DNA of 64,000 nt from Mustelus asterias (taxonomy: Eukaryota). Each line of letters opens with the position of its first letter. Positions within the stretch are counted from its first letter, which is position 1. This document shows positions 1 to 12,653 of the stretch, one piece after another. The position numbers and the translations under genes were made by a program. Below the pieces are notes generated by a model. The model ran no database searches, had not been told where the DNA came from, and saw only the letters and a program-made list of their open reading frames with translations. The stretch covers positions 930,001 to 994,000 of the forward strand of contig NW_027590135.1 of NCBI RefSeq assembly GCF_964213995.1, read 5' to 3'.

Positions 1-243
1 ATTCGGCCCTTTGCCTGTATGCTGGGCTATACAATAACACCTCAGCTCATCCCTTTCCAAGTCCTTGCCTCAAAACCCTGGAAATCCTTTCACTTCAGGT
101 GCTGATCCCATTCTCCCTTGACAACCCGGATTTGATGCTGCCTCGACCACCCTCCCAGGCAGTGCATTCCAGGCTCTAAACACTCAGCACATTAAAAACC
201 ATCATTCTCTCTTCTGGCAATGAGAACAATATTTCTTCATCTC

Positions 244-570
244 CTCTTCTTAGACTGCACCCACCAACCCACCACCTCTACCATCTCGAAGGACTGCAGC
301 AGTAAATACATGGGAACACCAGCACTGCAAACTCCCCCTCAAGGCACTCACCGTCCTGACTTGGAAATACATTGCGGCTCCTTCACTGTCGCAGTGGCAA
401 AATCCTGAAAGACTGTTTGGCTAACAGCACTGTGGCTGTAGCGACTCCTCAGGGACTGCAGTAGTTCAATAAAGCAGCAAACCACCACCTTCTTAAGGTC
501 AGTTAGAGATTGGCAATGAATGCTGGCTCGTCAGTGATGCCCTCTCGAAATGAATAAAACAAAAAAAAAA
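244..570 (+). mobile_element. LINE 3'-end fragment (tail shared with the SINE at 51255)
   Basis: Ends in ...GGCAATGAATGCTGGC...TGAATAAAA plus an A-rich tail; homologous to 29574-29703 and 55685-56090. Confidence 0.6.
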
Positions 571-1286
571 CTCGCAACTACAACTGGAGACAGACAGATA
601 CAGAACAAATCTCACTCACGTGCCTTTGTTGGATACAATATGAATCCGCAAATCACATTCACTAACAGAGGGTAAAATGCAGTCGAAATTGGGCGATCGT
701 TATCCAGTTGCAGTTTAACCAGTGTTTTATACAAGAACAGAAAACATCTTCACACAACATGCGACATTTTAACCCAATATGGAACATCATGAGACCAGAT
801 AATTAACTTGCTGCCGAACAGAAAACATCTTCACGGAGAATATTTTCACACAACAGGGAACACGTTTACAGAGCAGGGCATATATTAACAAAGCATTTTT
901 TTAAAATTACACAAGATGGACCGTATTTATACAATCAGAAAGACATTGACAGCATCAGGGAAGCATTTTGCACAACAGCAGAAAACACCTCTCAACAACA
1001 GAGAGCACAGTTACACAGGAGGAAATATATTTACAAACATGTATTTGCAACAGAAAATTCCTTGAAATATAGTGATAGATTCTCCAATTCAGTGTCATGC
1101 GGTTTCCCATCACCTTTGTCTGTCGTTATATGTCCAGACAATTTAGCTTACTGCTATTGTGTGTTTTTCTCTGTTGTATTCTGGGTGTGATGCAGGGGCT
1201 GAGCCTCCTGACACTGGAACTCGTATTAAACGATACAGGGGCGAAAATCTGCCTGACTACATTGATAGACAGACAGCCTTTGGTGT

Positions 1287-1358
1287 AGCAGAGTGGCGCA
1301 GTGGAAGCGTGCTGGGCCCATAACCCAGAAGTCAATGGATCGAAACCACCCTCTGCTA
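1287..1358 (+). tRNA. tRNA-iMet(CAT), probable pseudogene
   Basis: 72-nt match to vertebrate initiator tRNA with 4 substitutions; T-stem AATGG/CCACC has two mismatches. Confidence 0.85.
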
Positions 1359-2161
1359 TTCCTATTATCACTGATAATGAAACGACTTGACAACAACGTT
1401 TGAGACTTTTCGGTGCAGGATGCAGACAGGTATTTACATCGGCTTCTCTTTTCCCCAAAAAACCTCGATCTGCAGTGAATCACTTTTATATGCAAGTGTT
1501 TTACACTAAACAGGGAAAATCTTAACACAACATACAACAATTTACTGACAGAAACATCTTCACGGAGAATCTTCTTACACAATAAAGAACACGTTTGCAG
1601 AGCAGGGGACATATTAAAAGAACATAAAAAAACATTTAAACAGCCTGAAACACATTTACAACAACAGGGGTGAATTTTGCGCAACAGCAGAAATCATCTC
1701 TCAACAACAATTGAGACAGTTACATGGGTAAGATGGGTGTGGAGGGATATGGGGCAAACATGAGCAATGGGAATAGCTCGGTGGTAAAAAAACCCGACGG
1801 CATGGACAAGTTGGGCCGATGGGGCTGTTTCCATGCTTTAAACCTCTAAGTCATAGAGCACAGCAGGAAAAAGAGTGAACATCTTTGAACAACAGAGAGC
1901 ACAGTTACAAAGCAGGAATTATATTTACAAACATATTTACACGAGAAAACGCATTTAAAACATCAGTGATCAATTCCGTGACCGTCCATACACGTGTACA
2001 AACCACCTCTTTTGCTGTTTTTGCGCGTGTATTTCTCTGTCCCTTCAGTCTTGGTGCTATGCAGTGGAATTTTGTGTCCAGACTGAGCCTCCTGACACTG
2101 GTGCTGGTGTTAAACTACAACGTGGAAGTTAATATCTGACTGGCTACATTGAAAGGCAGCG

Positions 2162-2750
2162 GAGATGGGGAGGAGAGGGAGGGGGAGGGGGAGGGGGAGG
2201 GGGAGAGGGGGGAGGGGGAGGGGGAGGAGAGGGGGAGGGGGAGGGGAGGGGGAGGGGGAGGCGGAGAGGGAGGAGGGAGGAGGGGAAGGGGGACGGGGAG
2301 GGGGGANNNNNNNNNNNNNNNNNNNNNNNNNNNNNNNNNNNNNNNNNNNNNNNNNNNNNNNNNNNNNNNNNNNNNNNNNNNNNNNNNNNNNNNNNNNNNN
2401 NNNNNNNNNNNNNNNNNNNNNNNNNNNNNNNNNNNNNNNNNNNNNNNNNNNNNNNNNNNNNNNNNNNNNNNNNNNNNNNNNNNNNNNNNNNNNNNNNNNN
2501 NNNNNNNNNNNNNNNNNNNNNNNNNNNNNNNNNNNNNNNNNNNNNNNNNNNNNNNNNAGGGCGAGAGGTGAGGGGGAGCGGGGGGAGGGGGGACAGGGGA
2601 GGGGGAGGGGGAAGGGGAGGAGGGGGGAGGGGGAAGGGGAGGAGGGGGAAGGGGAGGAGGGCGGACGGGGAGGGGGAGGAGGGGGGAGGGGAGGAGGGGG
2701 GGAGGAGTGAGGGGAGCAGGGGGGAGGGGCGGAGGCGGGAGGTGGGGGGT
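2162..2750 (+). repeat. G-rich polypurine tract (GGGGA-like) spanning an assembly gap (N 2307-2557)
   Basis: Almost pure G/A sequence on both sides of the N run. Confidence 0.95.
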
Positions 2751-2771
2751 AGGTGAAGCTGGACTTGACGT

Positions 2772-2844
2772 GGCAGAAGTGGGGCAGTTGAAGCGTGCTG
2801 GGCCCATAGCTCAGAGGTCGATGGATCGAAACCATTCTCTGCTA
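2772..2844 (+). pseudogene. Degenerate tRNA-iMet(CAT)
   Basis: 3' part GAAGCGTGCTGGGCCCATAGCTCAGAGGTCGATGGATCGAAACCATTCTCTGCTA matches iMet; the 5' part is corrupted and next to the gap, so it may be low-quality sequence. Confidence 0.75.
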
Positions 2845-5219
2845 CTTCCTATTAACAATGATAACAAAACCACTTGACTACAATTCTGCAACATTTACGT
2901 GGAATATGCAGACAGGTATCTGCATTGGCTCCTCTTTTCTATTATAAGCCCCAAACCAGTTTGGTATGCACACAAGGTGTAGATACTGTGAACATGCACC
3001 AGGATCTATTAGTGACAGAGGTAATGGTGCACAGGGCACAATTTCAGAACTTGTGGATAATGTGAAACTTGGAAGCATTGTGAACTGTGAGAAGGATAGT
3101 GTGAAACTTCAAAAAGGACAGGGACAAGTTGACGTTATGAGTGGACAATTTATAGATGAAATTCAACGCTGAGAATTGTGAAGTGATTCATTCTGGTGGG
3201 AAAATTATAGAGAGACAATGAAAAGTAAAAGGAAAACAGTTCCAAAGTATCTAATCAATTTCATTAGTGTGTTTCACAGTCCTACAACTCTAAATGAGGT
3301 GCAACAGTACAACTCTAAAATAACACCAAATTACTGCGGTTGCTGTCATCTGAAACCAAAAGAGAAAATGCTGGAAAATCTCTGCCGGTCTGGCAGCATC
3401 TGTAAGGAGTGAAATGAGCTCATGTTTCGAGTCCAGATGACACTTTAACAAAGGGTCATCTGGATTGGTTTACTGCCAATTGGTAACTTCCTTAAAGTCA
3501 ATAATAATCAATTCAAAATATCAGCATGTGTGTTTTACAATCATAATTACTCGTTTGTATCAATTACTGCATCTCACATTGCTTCTTGTTAGCTCATAAA
3601 TGTATTTAAAAGTCATTTAACTGAACGCTGCTAGTTTTATCAATGCCTTCATGTCGACTGGTTTAAAAATCGTACCACCCCATCAGGGGTTCCACTTCCA
3701 GGTATTAAAAGTTATGAGACATCTGGACAGAATGGATAGGGACAAACTGTTCCCATTCGTGGAATGAAGAAGAATGAGAGGGAACAGATTGAACATCATG
3801 AGCAAAGGAAGGAATAGGAACACGAGGAAAACATTTTTCACACAGTGAGTGTTTAAAGTGTGGAATGCACTGCTGGAGAGTGTGGTGGATACAGATTCAA
3901 TTGAAACGTCCTCAGGGAATTAGACTGTTCTCCGAAAAGGAAGAATGTGCAGGATTACAGGGAGAAGGCGGAGATGTTGATTTTCTGTCACAACTCCTCA
4001 CATCATTTCTCATTCATCACTCATCACTGAATCGAGCGGGAACTGTTCTCTTGTCTTTGCTAAACAAGGAGAAGTGCAGCACTGATTAAATGACAAGACA
4101 GTTGGTGGCCTAAGTCAAATGGGAGAGTTAAAAAATTACAAATATGTTTCTACAAGGAGGTGAGGATGGCAGAGAGACGGAATTTGAAATAAAACAGAAA
4201 ATGCTAGAAACCTCAGCAGGTCTGGCAGCATCTATCGGGAGAGAAACAGAGTTAATGCTTCCAGTGCCTATGACTCTTCTTCAGAGCTGAGGAGGGGTTG
4301 AAATGTGACGGATTTAAAATGTTGAAGAGAATTCGGAGCACAATCTGGATTATTCATTAAAGCAATCACAAAAGCAAATGGCATGTTTGTTTTTATTGCA
4401 AGTAAATTGGAGTAGATGAAGAAAAGTGTCTTGCTACAATTGTACAGGAGTTTATGGAGACCACATTTGCAATGCTGTGAACAGCTTTGGTATCCACATT
4501 TGAGAAAATATAAGGTTGCATTAGAGGCGGTACAGAGAAGGTTCACTGGATTGCCCCCCGGAATGAGGAGGTTGTTCCATGTTGAAAGGCTGAGTGAATT
4601 AGGCTGAGAGATCCTAGAGCTCAGAACAATGTGAAGATGCTGAGTGAACGCTTCCATTGCTGTCCTCTGGGCAGAGCAGTGGCAGATAAAGTAAAAGTAC
4701 AGAAAAGTAAAGTTAACGGAAAGTTTATTAGCCACAAGTAAGGCTTACATTAACATTGCAATGAAGTTACTGTGAAATTCCCCAATTTGCCACAGTCGGG
4801 CACCTGTGCGGGTCAATCACCTAGCTAGATGAAGTTCAATGCAGAGAAGTGTGAGTTAATTCATTTTGAGATTGTGGAGAAGTAAATGGAGAGGAAATGC
4901 AGGAAAAAAGGGATCTCGGTTTCTAAGTACAAAAGTCATTAAAGGTGGCTGAGCATGTTGGGAGAGCAGTTAATAAAGCAAATGGCATCCTACATTTTAT
5001 TGGAGGATTAAATAGACGAATAAGAAGATCATGTTGAGCTTTTAAATACCCTAGACAGCTCTCTCCTGGAGCACTGAGTCCAGTGCTGGGCACCACACTT
5101 GTCGAAGTTTGGAGGGAGTGCAAAGGATATTCACATGAATGATTCCATTGGTAAAGGTTTGTAGCAATGAAGATCGATTGAGAAGTTGGGTATTTTTCCT
5201 TACGGGAAGAAGCCTGTGA

Positions 5220-6090
5220 GGACCTGCAGAGGGACAGGTAGCATTGAGGAAGCAGGTGTGCTGCAGAAGGATTTGTATAGGCTGGGAGAGTGGGCAGAGA
5301 AATGGCAGAAGGAAAACAATGTGGAAAAGTGTGAGGTTATGCAGTTTGGAAGGAGGAATGGAGGCGTAGATTATTTTCTAAATTGTGAAATGCTTAGGAA
5401 CTCAGAAGCACAAATGGACTTGGGAGTCCTTGTTCAAGATTCTCTTAAGGCAAACGTGCAGGTTCAGTCGGCAGTTAGGAAGGGAAATGCAATGTCGAGA
5501 GGGTCAAAATACAAGAGCACGGATGTCCTTCTGAGGCTGGCAAAGGCTCTGGTCAGACCCCAATTGGAGTAATGTGAGCAGTTTGGGCCCCTTATCTAAG
5601 GAAGGATGTGCTGGCCTTGGAAAAGGTCCAGAGGAGGTGCACAAGAATGATCCATGGAATGAAGAGCTTGTTGTATGAAGAATGGTTGAGGACTCTGGGT
5701 CTGTACTCGTTGGAATTCACAAGGATGAGTGGGATCTTATTGACGCTTAGAGGACATTGCGAGGCCTGGATAGTGTGGACACAGAGAGGATTTTTCCACT
5801 TGTAGGAAAAACTAGAACCAGAGGGCACAACCCCAGACTAAAGGGACGATCCTTTAAAACAGAGGAGGAGGAATTTCTTCAGCCAGAGAGTGGCGAATCT
5901 GTGGAAACCTTTGCCGCAAAAGGCTGTGGAGGCCAGGTCATTGACTGTTTCTAAGACAGAGATGGATAGATTCTTGATGAATAAGGGGATTAGGGGTTAT
6001 GGGGAAAAGACAAGAGAGTGAGAATGAGAAAAATGGCAGAGCAGTCTCGATGGGCTGAGTGGCCTCATTCTGTTCCTATGTCTTATGGTC
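5220..6090 (+). mobile_element. CR1-like LINE 3' fragment (degenerate)
   Basis: ORF pieces LQKDLYRLGEWAEKWQ..., ALEKVQRRCTRMI, RTRGHNPRLKG. Confidence 0.85.
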
Positions 6091-6117
6091 TTTTGGAAGA
6101 GAAAGAAGGGTGGCTTT

Positions 6118-6412
6118 CGCACTGCTGCTGCAGAATGACAGGGACTCGGGTTCAATTCAGGCCTTGAGTGACTTACGTATTTTCCACATTTTCTCTGTGT
6201 CCACGTGGCTTTCCTCCGGGTGCTCTGGTTTCCCCCCACACTCCATTGATAGGGTAAGTGGATTTACCATGCTAAATTTACCCTTATGTCTCCCAGGATG
6301 TTTAGATTATGAGGGTAAACAGGGTAAATATGTGAGGTTATGTGGACAGGTCAGAGAATCAGTGCAGACTCAATGGGCCGAATGGCCATCTTTTGCAATG
6401 CAGGGATTCATT
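6118..6412 (+). mobile_element. HE1-like V-SINE
   Basis: CACTGCTGC..GGGTTCAATTC head; GTGGCTTTCCTCCGGGTGCTCTGGTTTCC V-domain; CR1-like tail. Confidence 0.75.
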
Positions 6413-7127
6413 GATAGAGATTTTCATGTTCCAGTCATGAGTTCATCAAGAACGAGGAGAAAATTTCAAAGTAAGTGTAAAAACTGCAACGATTCAGAGC
6501 CTAATTTACACATCTTTGGAAATTAAAGGAACATTTAACATGGCCAATACACCTAACCTGCACATCTTTGAACCATGGAAGTGAACCAGAGCACCCAGAC
6601 GAAACTCATGGGGGAGAATGTGCAAAATCTGCACAGTCAGCAAAGGCCAGGACTAAACCCGGGTCTCTGGGGCTATGAGGTGGAAGAGTGGGATTGGACA
6701 GCGTGCAATTTTCAATACGGGAGTGTAGACTTGATTGGCCAAATGGGCTGTTACTGCTTTGTAAAGATTCTGTGGTTTGGGAATCTAAAACATAATCCTA
6801 TTGCATGGAGCAGCAGGCTTGAGGGGCCAAGTGGTCCACTTCTAATGCGATTTATTGTGCTGTTGTGTCCAGAAAGCTGCAAATTGAGTTCACATCATTA
6901 AATCTGAATTTGCTCCAAATACCGTTGATGCATCAACCCAGTGCTCAGTGACAAACACTGACCCGTGGTTAAACAATGTCTCAATTTTAATATTCTTATC
7001 CGTGTTTCCAAACCCCTCCATGTCCTCAGCTCTTCCTCCCTTTCATCACCTCCAGCCTAACAATCCTCTGAGATATCTGAGCTCCTCTGATTCTGCCCTC
7101 GTGAGCATCCCTGATTTGGTTCACTCC

Positions 7128-7327
7128 GTCAGAAGTCTCACAACACCAGGTTAAAGTCCAACAGGTTTAGTTGGTTGCAAATACCATAAGCTTCGTCAGA
7201 TCTGACGAAGGAGCAGTGCTCCGAAAGCTTATGGTATTTGCTACCAAATAAACCTGTTGGACTTTAACCTGGTGTTGTAAGACTGCTTACTGTGTTCACC
7301 CCAGTCCAACGCCGGCATCTCCACATC
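7128..7327 (-). mobile_element. Penelope-like palindromic element with hammerhead core
   Basis: Inverted arms centred on TTCGTCAGATCTGACGAA; near-perfect 12-bp TSD TTGGTTCA(C/A)TCC at 7116-7127 and 7328-7339. Confidence 0.8.
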
Positions 7328-7619
7328 TTGGTTCAATCCACCAGTGTTGGTCGCACTTTCAGCTCTCTGGGTCGCAGCTCTGGAATTCCCTCTCTAAACG
7401 TCGCTGCTCCTTGCTTGCCTTCCTCCCAGTTCTTTTTTGTCACCTGTTCCCTTCATTTATTTCCTCCTTCCTTTCCCGCGGGGTTCAGCTTTTGCATCCT
7501 CTGACTTTCCGCAGTCCTTTTGCCGCTTTAACTGCCATCAAAGAATTATAATTGTACAACCATAATTCTGTGAGCGGTTCCACTTTAAGGATTATTTCGG
7601 CCACAAGTTCTTTGATTTC

Positions 7620-8090
7620 TCATTGGTTTCAGCTCCGGATCGAATTGAATGACGCAATGACGCTGGGCTGGGAGTGACGTTGCACGAGTCGGACACGAGC
7701 TGCACATTCCGATTGGACAGTGCGTTACGATTGGCGAGAGAAGATGTCCATCTCATTGGGGGCGTGTGTTGTTAGCAACGCGGTCTGCGATTGGGTACAA
7801 TTGGAGCATCATTTATAATGGTCGCGAACTTCTGACTATGGAGCTCACGGATTGGATAACGTAGCTGTCACTCAGTGGGCGCAGAACGGCCACTGAATAA
7901 CCGCCATGTGTCGATTTCCGATTGGTTTTCCCAGCTGCCGGTCACAGGCCCATCAGACACCGCGCGGAGCGGCAGCGAATGTCCCGCCAGTGGCTTCAGT
8001 CCCCGGGCCCGGATTCTGAGCCCGCGGCGGGGCTCCGGATGGGGGAAGGGTTTCGGCAGCGGGAATCCCGTCCTGCCCGGCTGTGAATAG
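7620..8090. promoter_or_regulatory. CpG island / Pol II promoter with eight CCAAT boxes
   Basis: CpG-rich; ATTGG at 7622, 7712, 7730, 7755, 7790, 7800, 7851, 7921; TGACG CRE half-sites; RFX-like GTTGTTAGCAAC. Confidence 0.7.
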
Positions 8091-8219
8091 GGCGGCACGG
8101 TGGCACCGTGGTTCGGGACCCGAGTTCCGAATTATATTATATTATGTTATTATATAACCCTATATAATCTCTCCAGCCATGCAGTCATCTGCTCCACCTA
8201 TTCTCATTCATGTATTTCC

Positions 8220-8309
8220 CCTGAAGGTGCTGACTCTGACTGGGTTCAGTTCTACACTCACTGGTCCCTCTCGCTCCTCCCCTGAAGGTGATGTCTCTGG
8301 GTGGATTCA
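8220..8309 (+). repeat. 60-bp tandem repeat units, interrupted by the CR1 insertion (resumes ~12667-12693)
   Basis: CCTGAAGGTGCTGACTCTG.CTGGGTTCAGTTCTACACTCACTGG matches the units at 15711-15872. Confidence 0.75.
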
Positions 8310-11300
8310 TAGAAACATAGAATAACTACAGCACAAAACAGGCCCTTCGGCCCCACAAGTTGTGCCGAACATATCCCTGCCTTTTAGGCCTATCTATAAC
8401 CCTCCATCCTATTCAGTCCCATGTACTCATCCAGGAGTCTCTTAAAATACCCTATTGAGTTTGCCTCCACCACCACTGACGGCAGCCGATTCCACTCGCC
8501 CACCACCCTCTGTGTGAAAAACTTCCCCCGAACATTTCCCCTGTACCTTAAACCTGTGTCCTCTCGTAGCAGCCATTTCCACCCTGGGAAAAAGCCTCTG
8601 AGAGTCCACCCGATCTATGCCTCTCAACATCTTATATACCTCTGTTAGGTCTCCTCTCATCCTACGTCTCTCCAAGGAGAAAAGACCGAGCTCCCTCAGC
8701 CTATCCTCATAAGGCATGCCACTCAATCCAGGCAACATCCTTGTAAATCTCCTCTGCACCCTTTCAATCTTTTCTACATCCTTCCTGCAATGAGGCGACC
8801 AGAACTGAGCACAGTACTCCAAGAGGGTCTTATATAGCTGCATCATTAACCCCGGACTCCTAAACTCAATCCCCCAATTGATAAAGGCCAGCACACCATA
8901 CGCCTTCTTAACCACCTCCTCCACCTGCGGGGCTGATTTTAGAGCCCTATGGACCCGGACCCCAAGGTCCTTCTGATCCTCTACAGTACTCAGAGTCTTT
9001 CCCTTTATATTGTACTCCTTCATCCCATTTGACCTGCCAAAATGGACCACTACGCATTTATCTGGGTTGAAGTCAATCTGCCCCTTGTCCGCCCAGTCTT
9101 GCATCCTATCAATGTCCCTCTGTAACTTCTGACATCTCTCCAGACTATCCACAACCCCACCAACCTTCGTGTCGTCGGCAAACTTACCAACCCATCCCTC
9201 CACTTCCTCATCCAGGTCATTTATGAAAATGACAAACAGCAAGGGTCCCAGAACAGATCCCTGGGGCACACCACTGGTGACCGACCTCCATTTAGAAAAA
9301 GACCCATCTATACACACTCTCTGCCTCCTTTGGGCAAGCCAGTTCTGGATCCAAAGGGCAGCAGCTCCTTGGATGCCATGCCCTCTCACTTTTTCTAGAA
9401 GCCTTGCATGGGGGACCTTATCGAACGCCTTGCTAAAATCGATATAAACCACATCTGCCGCTTTCCCTTCGTCAATGTGTTTAGTCACATTTTTGAAGAA
9501 CTCCACCAGGCTCGTAAGGCACGATCTGCCTTTGACAAAGCCATGCTGAGTAGTCTTGAGCATACTAAACCTCTCTAAATGCTCATAAATCTTGTCCCTC
9601 AGGATCTTCTCCATCAGCTTACCGACCACTGAGGTTAGAATCACCGGTCGGTAATTTCCTGGGCTATCCCTATTCCTCTTCTTGAAAATAGGAACCACAT
9701 CCGCAATCCTCCGGCACCTCTCCCGTCTCCATCGACGACGCAAAGATCATCGCCAAAGGCTCTGCAATCTCTTCCCTCGTCTCCCACAGTAACCTGGGGT
9801 ACATCCCATCCGGACCCGGCGACTTAACTATCTTGATGCCATTCAAAGATTCCAGCACAGCCTTAGATCATAGATCATAGAATCTTTTTGTTAAAGCCCA
9901 CATACTCAATCTTTTCAGTCCACCGCAAGCCCGCAGTACATCCACCCAGGTCCGTCTCCTCTGTGAAAACCGATGCAAAATACTCAGGAAGCACCTCCCC
10001 CATTTCTCCTGGTTCCGTACAGATTATCCCACCTTCACCATTTATAGTCCCTATTCCTTCACGTCTCATCCTTTTACTCTTCACATATTTATAGAGAACG
10101 CCTTAGGGTTTTCCTTAATCCTACCTGCCAAGGCCTTCTCGTGACCCCTTCTTGCTCTCCTAATTTCCTTCTTTAGTCCCTTCCTACAAGCCATATACTC
10201 TTCTAAATCCCTATCTTCGCCAAGCTCTCTGAACCTTTTGTACGCTTTCCTTTTCTTCTCGACTCGGTCCCGCATAGCTTTCGTGCACCACGGTTCCTTT
10301 AACCTACAAACTCCTCCCTGTCTGCTCGGAACGTTGTCCTGTAGAACTCTAGACAGACATTCCTTGAAAAACTGCCACCTCTCTTCAGTACATTTCCCCG
10401 AGAATACCTCCTTTCAATTTACTCCACGTATTTGCTGCCTTATGTCTTCATATTCCCCCTTACTCCATATAAACGCTTTCCTAGCTTGCCTGATCCTCTC
10501 TTTTTCCAATGCAAGCATAAAGGAGATAGAGTTATAATCGCTATCCCCAAGATGCTCTCCCACTGACAGATCTGACACCTGTCCAGGTTCATTGGTCAGT
10601 ATCAGATCAAGTACAGCCTCTCCTCTTGTCGGATTGTCCACATGCTGTGTCAGGAAACCCTCCTGAACACACCTAACGAACTCTTCCCCATTCAATCCCC
10701 GTACCCTCAGGATATTCCAATGTATGTTTGGGAAATTAAAGTCTCCCATCACAACAACTCTGCTATTATTGCAACTCTCCAGGATCTGTTTCCCTGTCGG
10801 GCTCCTCCACCTCCCTGTTACAATTGGGCGGCCTATAGAAAACTCCCAGCAAAGTGATCGACCCCTTCCCACTCCGAACCACCCACAGAGACTCTGTAGA
10901 CAATCCCTCCACAGCATACACCTTCTCTGCAGCTGTGACACTGTCCCTGATCAGCAGTGCCACTCCACCCCCTCTCTTGCCTCCCTCCCTGTCCTTCCTG
11001 AAACATCTGAATCCCGGCACCTGGAGTATCCAGTCCTGTCCCCGAGACACCCAAGTCTCCGTAATGGCCCTCCACATCACACTTCCAGGCATCGATCCAC
11101 GCTCTGAGCTCATCCCCTTTATTCACTATACTCCTGGCATTAAAGTAAACACATCTCAATCCTTTGGTCTGAGCTCTCCCCTTCTCTATCCCCCGTCCAT
11201 CCTCCCTCTTGCACCGTCTATAACCCTTCTCTGTTTGCGAGCTAACTTCCTCGCTCCCAGTCACCTTGTCTCAATCCTCTCCCCCCAACCTATCTAGTTT

Positions 11301-12590
11301 AAACTCTCCCCAGTAGCCTTAGCCAACCTTCCCACCAAGATATTGGTCCCCCTGGGATTCAAGTGCCACCCGTTTAGTGTGTACAGGTCACACCTGCCCC
11401 TAAAGAGGTTCCAATGGTCCAGGAACCTGAATCCCTGCCCCCTGCACCAGTCCCTCAGCCACACATTCATCCTCCACCTCACTCCATTCCTGCCCTCACC
11501 TTCCTGTGGCACAGGCAGCAATCCTGAGATTACTACCTTTGCTTTCCTCCTTCTCAGCTGTCTCCCTAATTCCCTATACTCTCTTTTCACGACCCCCTTC
11601 CCCCTTCCTTCCCACATCAGCGGTACCAACATGTACCGCTACCTCTGGCTCCTCTCCGTTCCCCCTCAGGATTTCTGGGAGTCGACCAGCGACATCCTAG
11701 ATCCCGGCCCCAGGAGGCAAACCACCATCCGAGACTCCCGCCTGCCTCCGCAAAAACGCCTGTCTGACCCCCTTACTGTTGAGTCCCCGATTAACACTGC
11801 CTTCATCCTCTTTTCCTTAGCCCTCTGAGTTACAGAACTGGACTCCACTCCGAAGACACGGCCACTGCTGCTTCCCCCAGGCGGGCTGTCCCCCCCAGCA
11901 GTACTCAGGCAGGAGTACTTGTTGTGTAGGGGCACATCCACCGGGGTGCTCTCAATCACCCGAGCTTTACCCTTCCTGGCCGTCACCCACTTGCCCTCCA
12001 CCCGTGGCCCTGGTGTGACCACCTGATGATAGCTCTTGTCTCTCACCTCCTCATTCTCCCTTAACAGCCTAAGATCCTCGAGCTGCAGTTCCAGCTCCCT
12101 AACACGGTCCCTCAGGAACCACAGCTCGACACAACCCTCACAGATGTGGATGTCCGGGAGGCCAGGTGCCTCCAGGACCTCCCAAATCCGACACTGGGAA
12201 CAACACACTGGCTTCACACTCATATTTGACACTTTATACCAAGGTACACAGAAAAGTAAATAAGAATTAAAACTCACCCCTGCTCGCCCTGGCCCCCGAA
12301 GCCCTGTGAGCCAAAGCGCTTATAGCTCACACTCTGCTTCCCAATCACTCCCCTGACCGCTCCCGACGCTGCCCGCTGTGTACTGCAGCCTACCTTTTGG
12401 ACTTTGCGCGCTTTAAAAACCCTTCCCAGACTCCTTAGCAGCCCACTTCCGATTTTCAGTTTAAAATTAAGAAAAGAAAAATAGTACTCTAAATAAAGGC
12501 CAAAAAACACACTAACTAACAAAATAAATAATTAAATAAATCTCTCACCAGCACTCCTGCCACAAATCACTCCCTCTCTGCTTGCTCCAG
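8310..12590 (-). mobile_element. Full-length CR1/HER1-like LINE (frameshifted)
   Basis: ORF1 with CxxC..CxxC, coiled coil and SGNH-esterase motifs (IGDSTVRG, HLNPRG); ORF2 APE endonuclease (FNARSI, TETW, GDFN, SDYN) and RT ([19 protein letters not shown]); short-repeat tail (CATAGAAA on +). Confidence 0.95.
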
Positions 12591-12618
12591 TGGAACAATG
12601 AGCAAACGAAACCCTACT

Positions 12619-12653
12619 GGGCTCGTCCGGGATTTGAACCCGGGACTTCTCGC
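12619..12653 (-). pseudogene. 3' half of tRNA-Pro
   Basis: Reverse complement GCGAGAAGTCCCGGGTTCAAATCCCGGACGAGCCC equals tRNA-Pro from the 3' anticodon-stem strand to the discriminator with one change; 5' half absent. Confidence 0.85.

Larger units (their letters stand above)
720..2945 (+). repeat. Diverged tandem duplication of a tRNA-iMet-containing unit (copy 1 ~720-1455, copy 2 ~1495-2945)
   Basis: Shared blocks AGTGTTTTA..ACA, CTGAGCCTCCTGACACTGG, CTACATTGA and post-tRNA TTCCTATTA...ATGCAGACAGGTAT occur in the same order in both copies. Confidence 0.8.

Noticed and set aside
2110-2835. Pro-rich and Gly/Glu/Arg-rich ORFs
   Set aside because: Translations of a low-complexity G/A tract and an N gap
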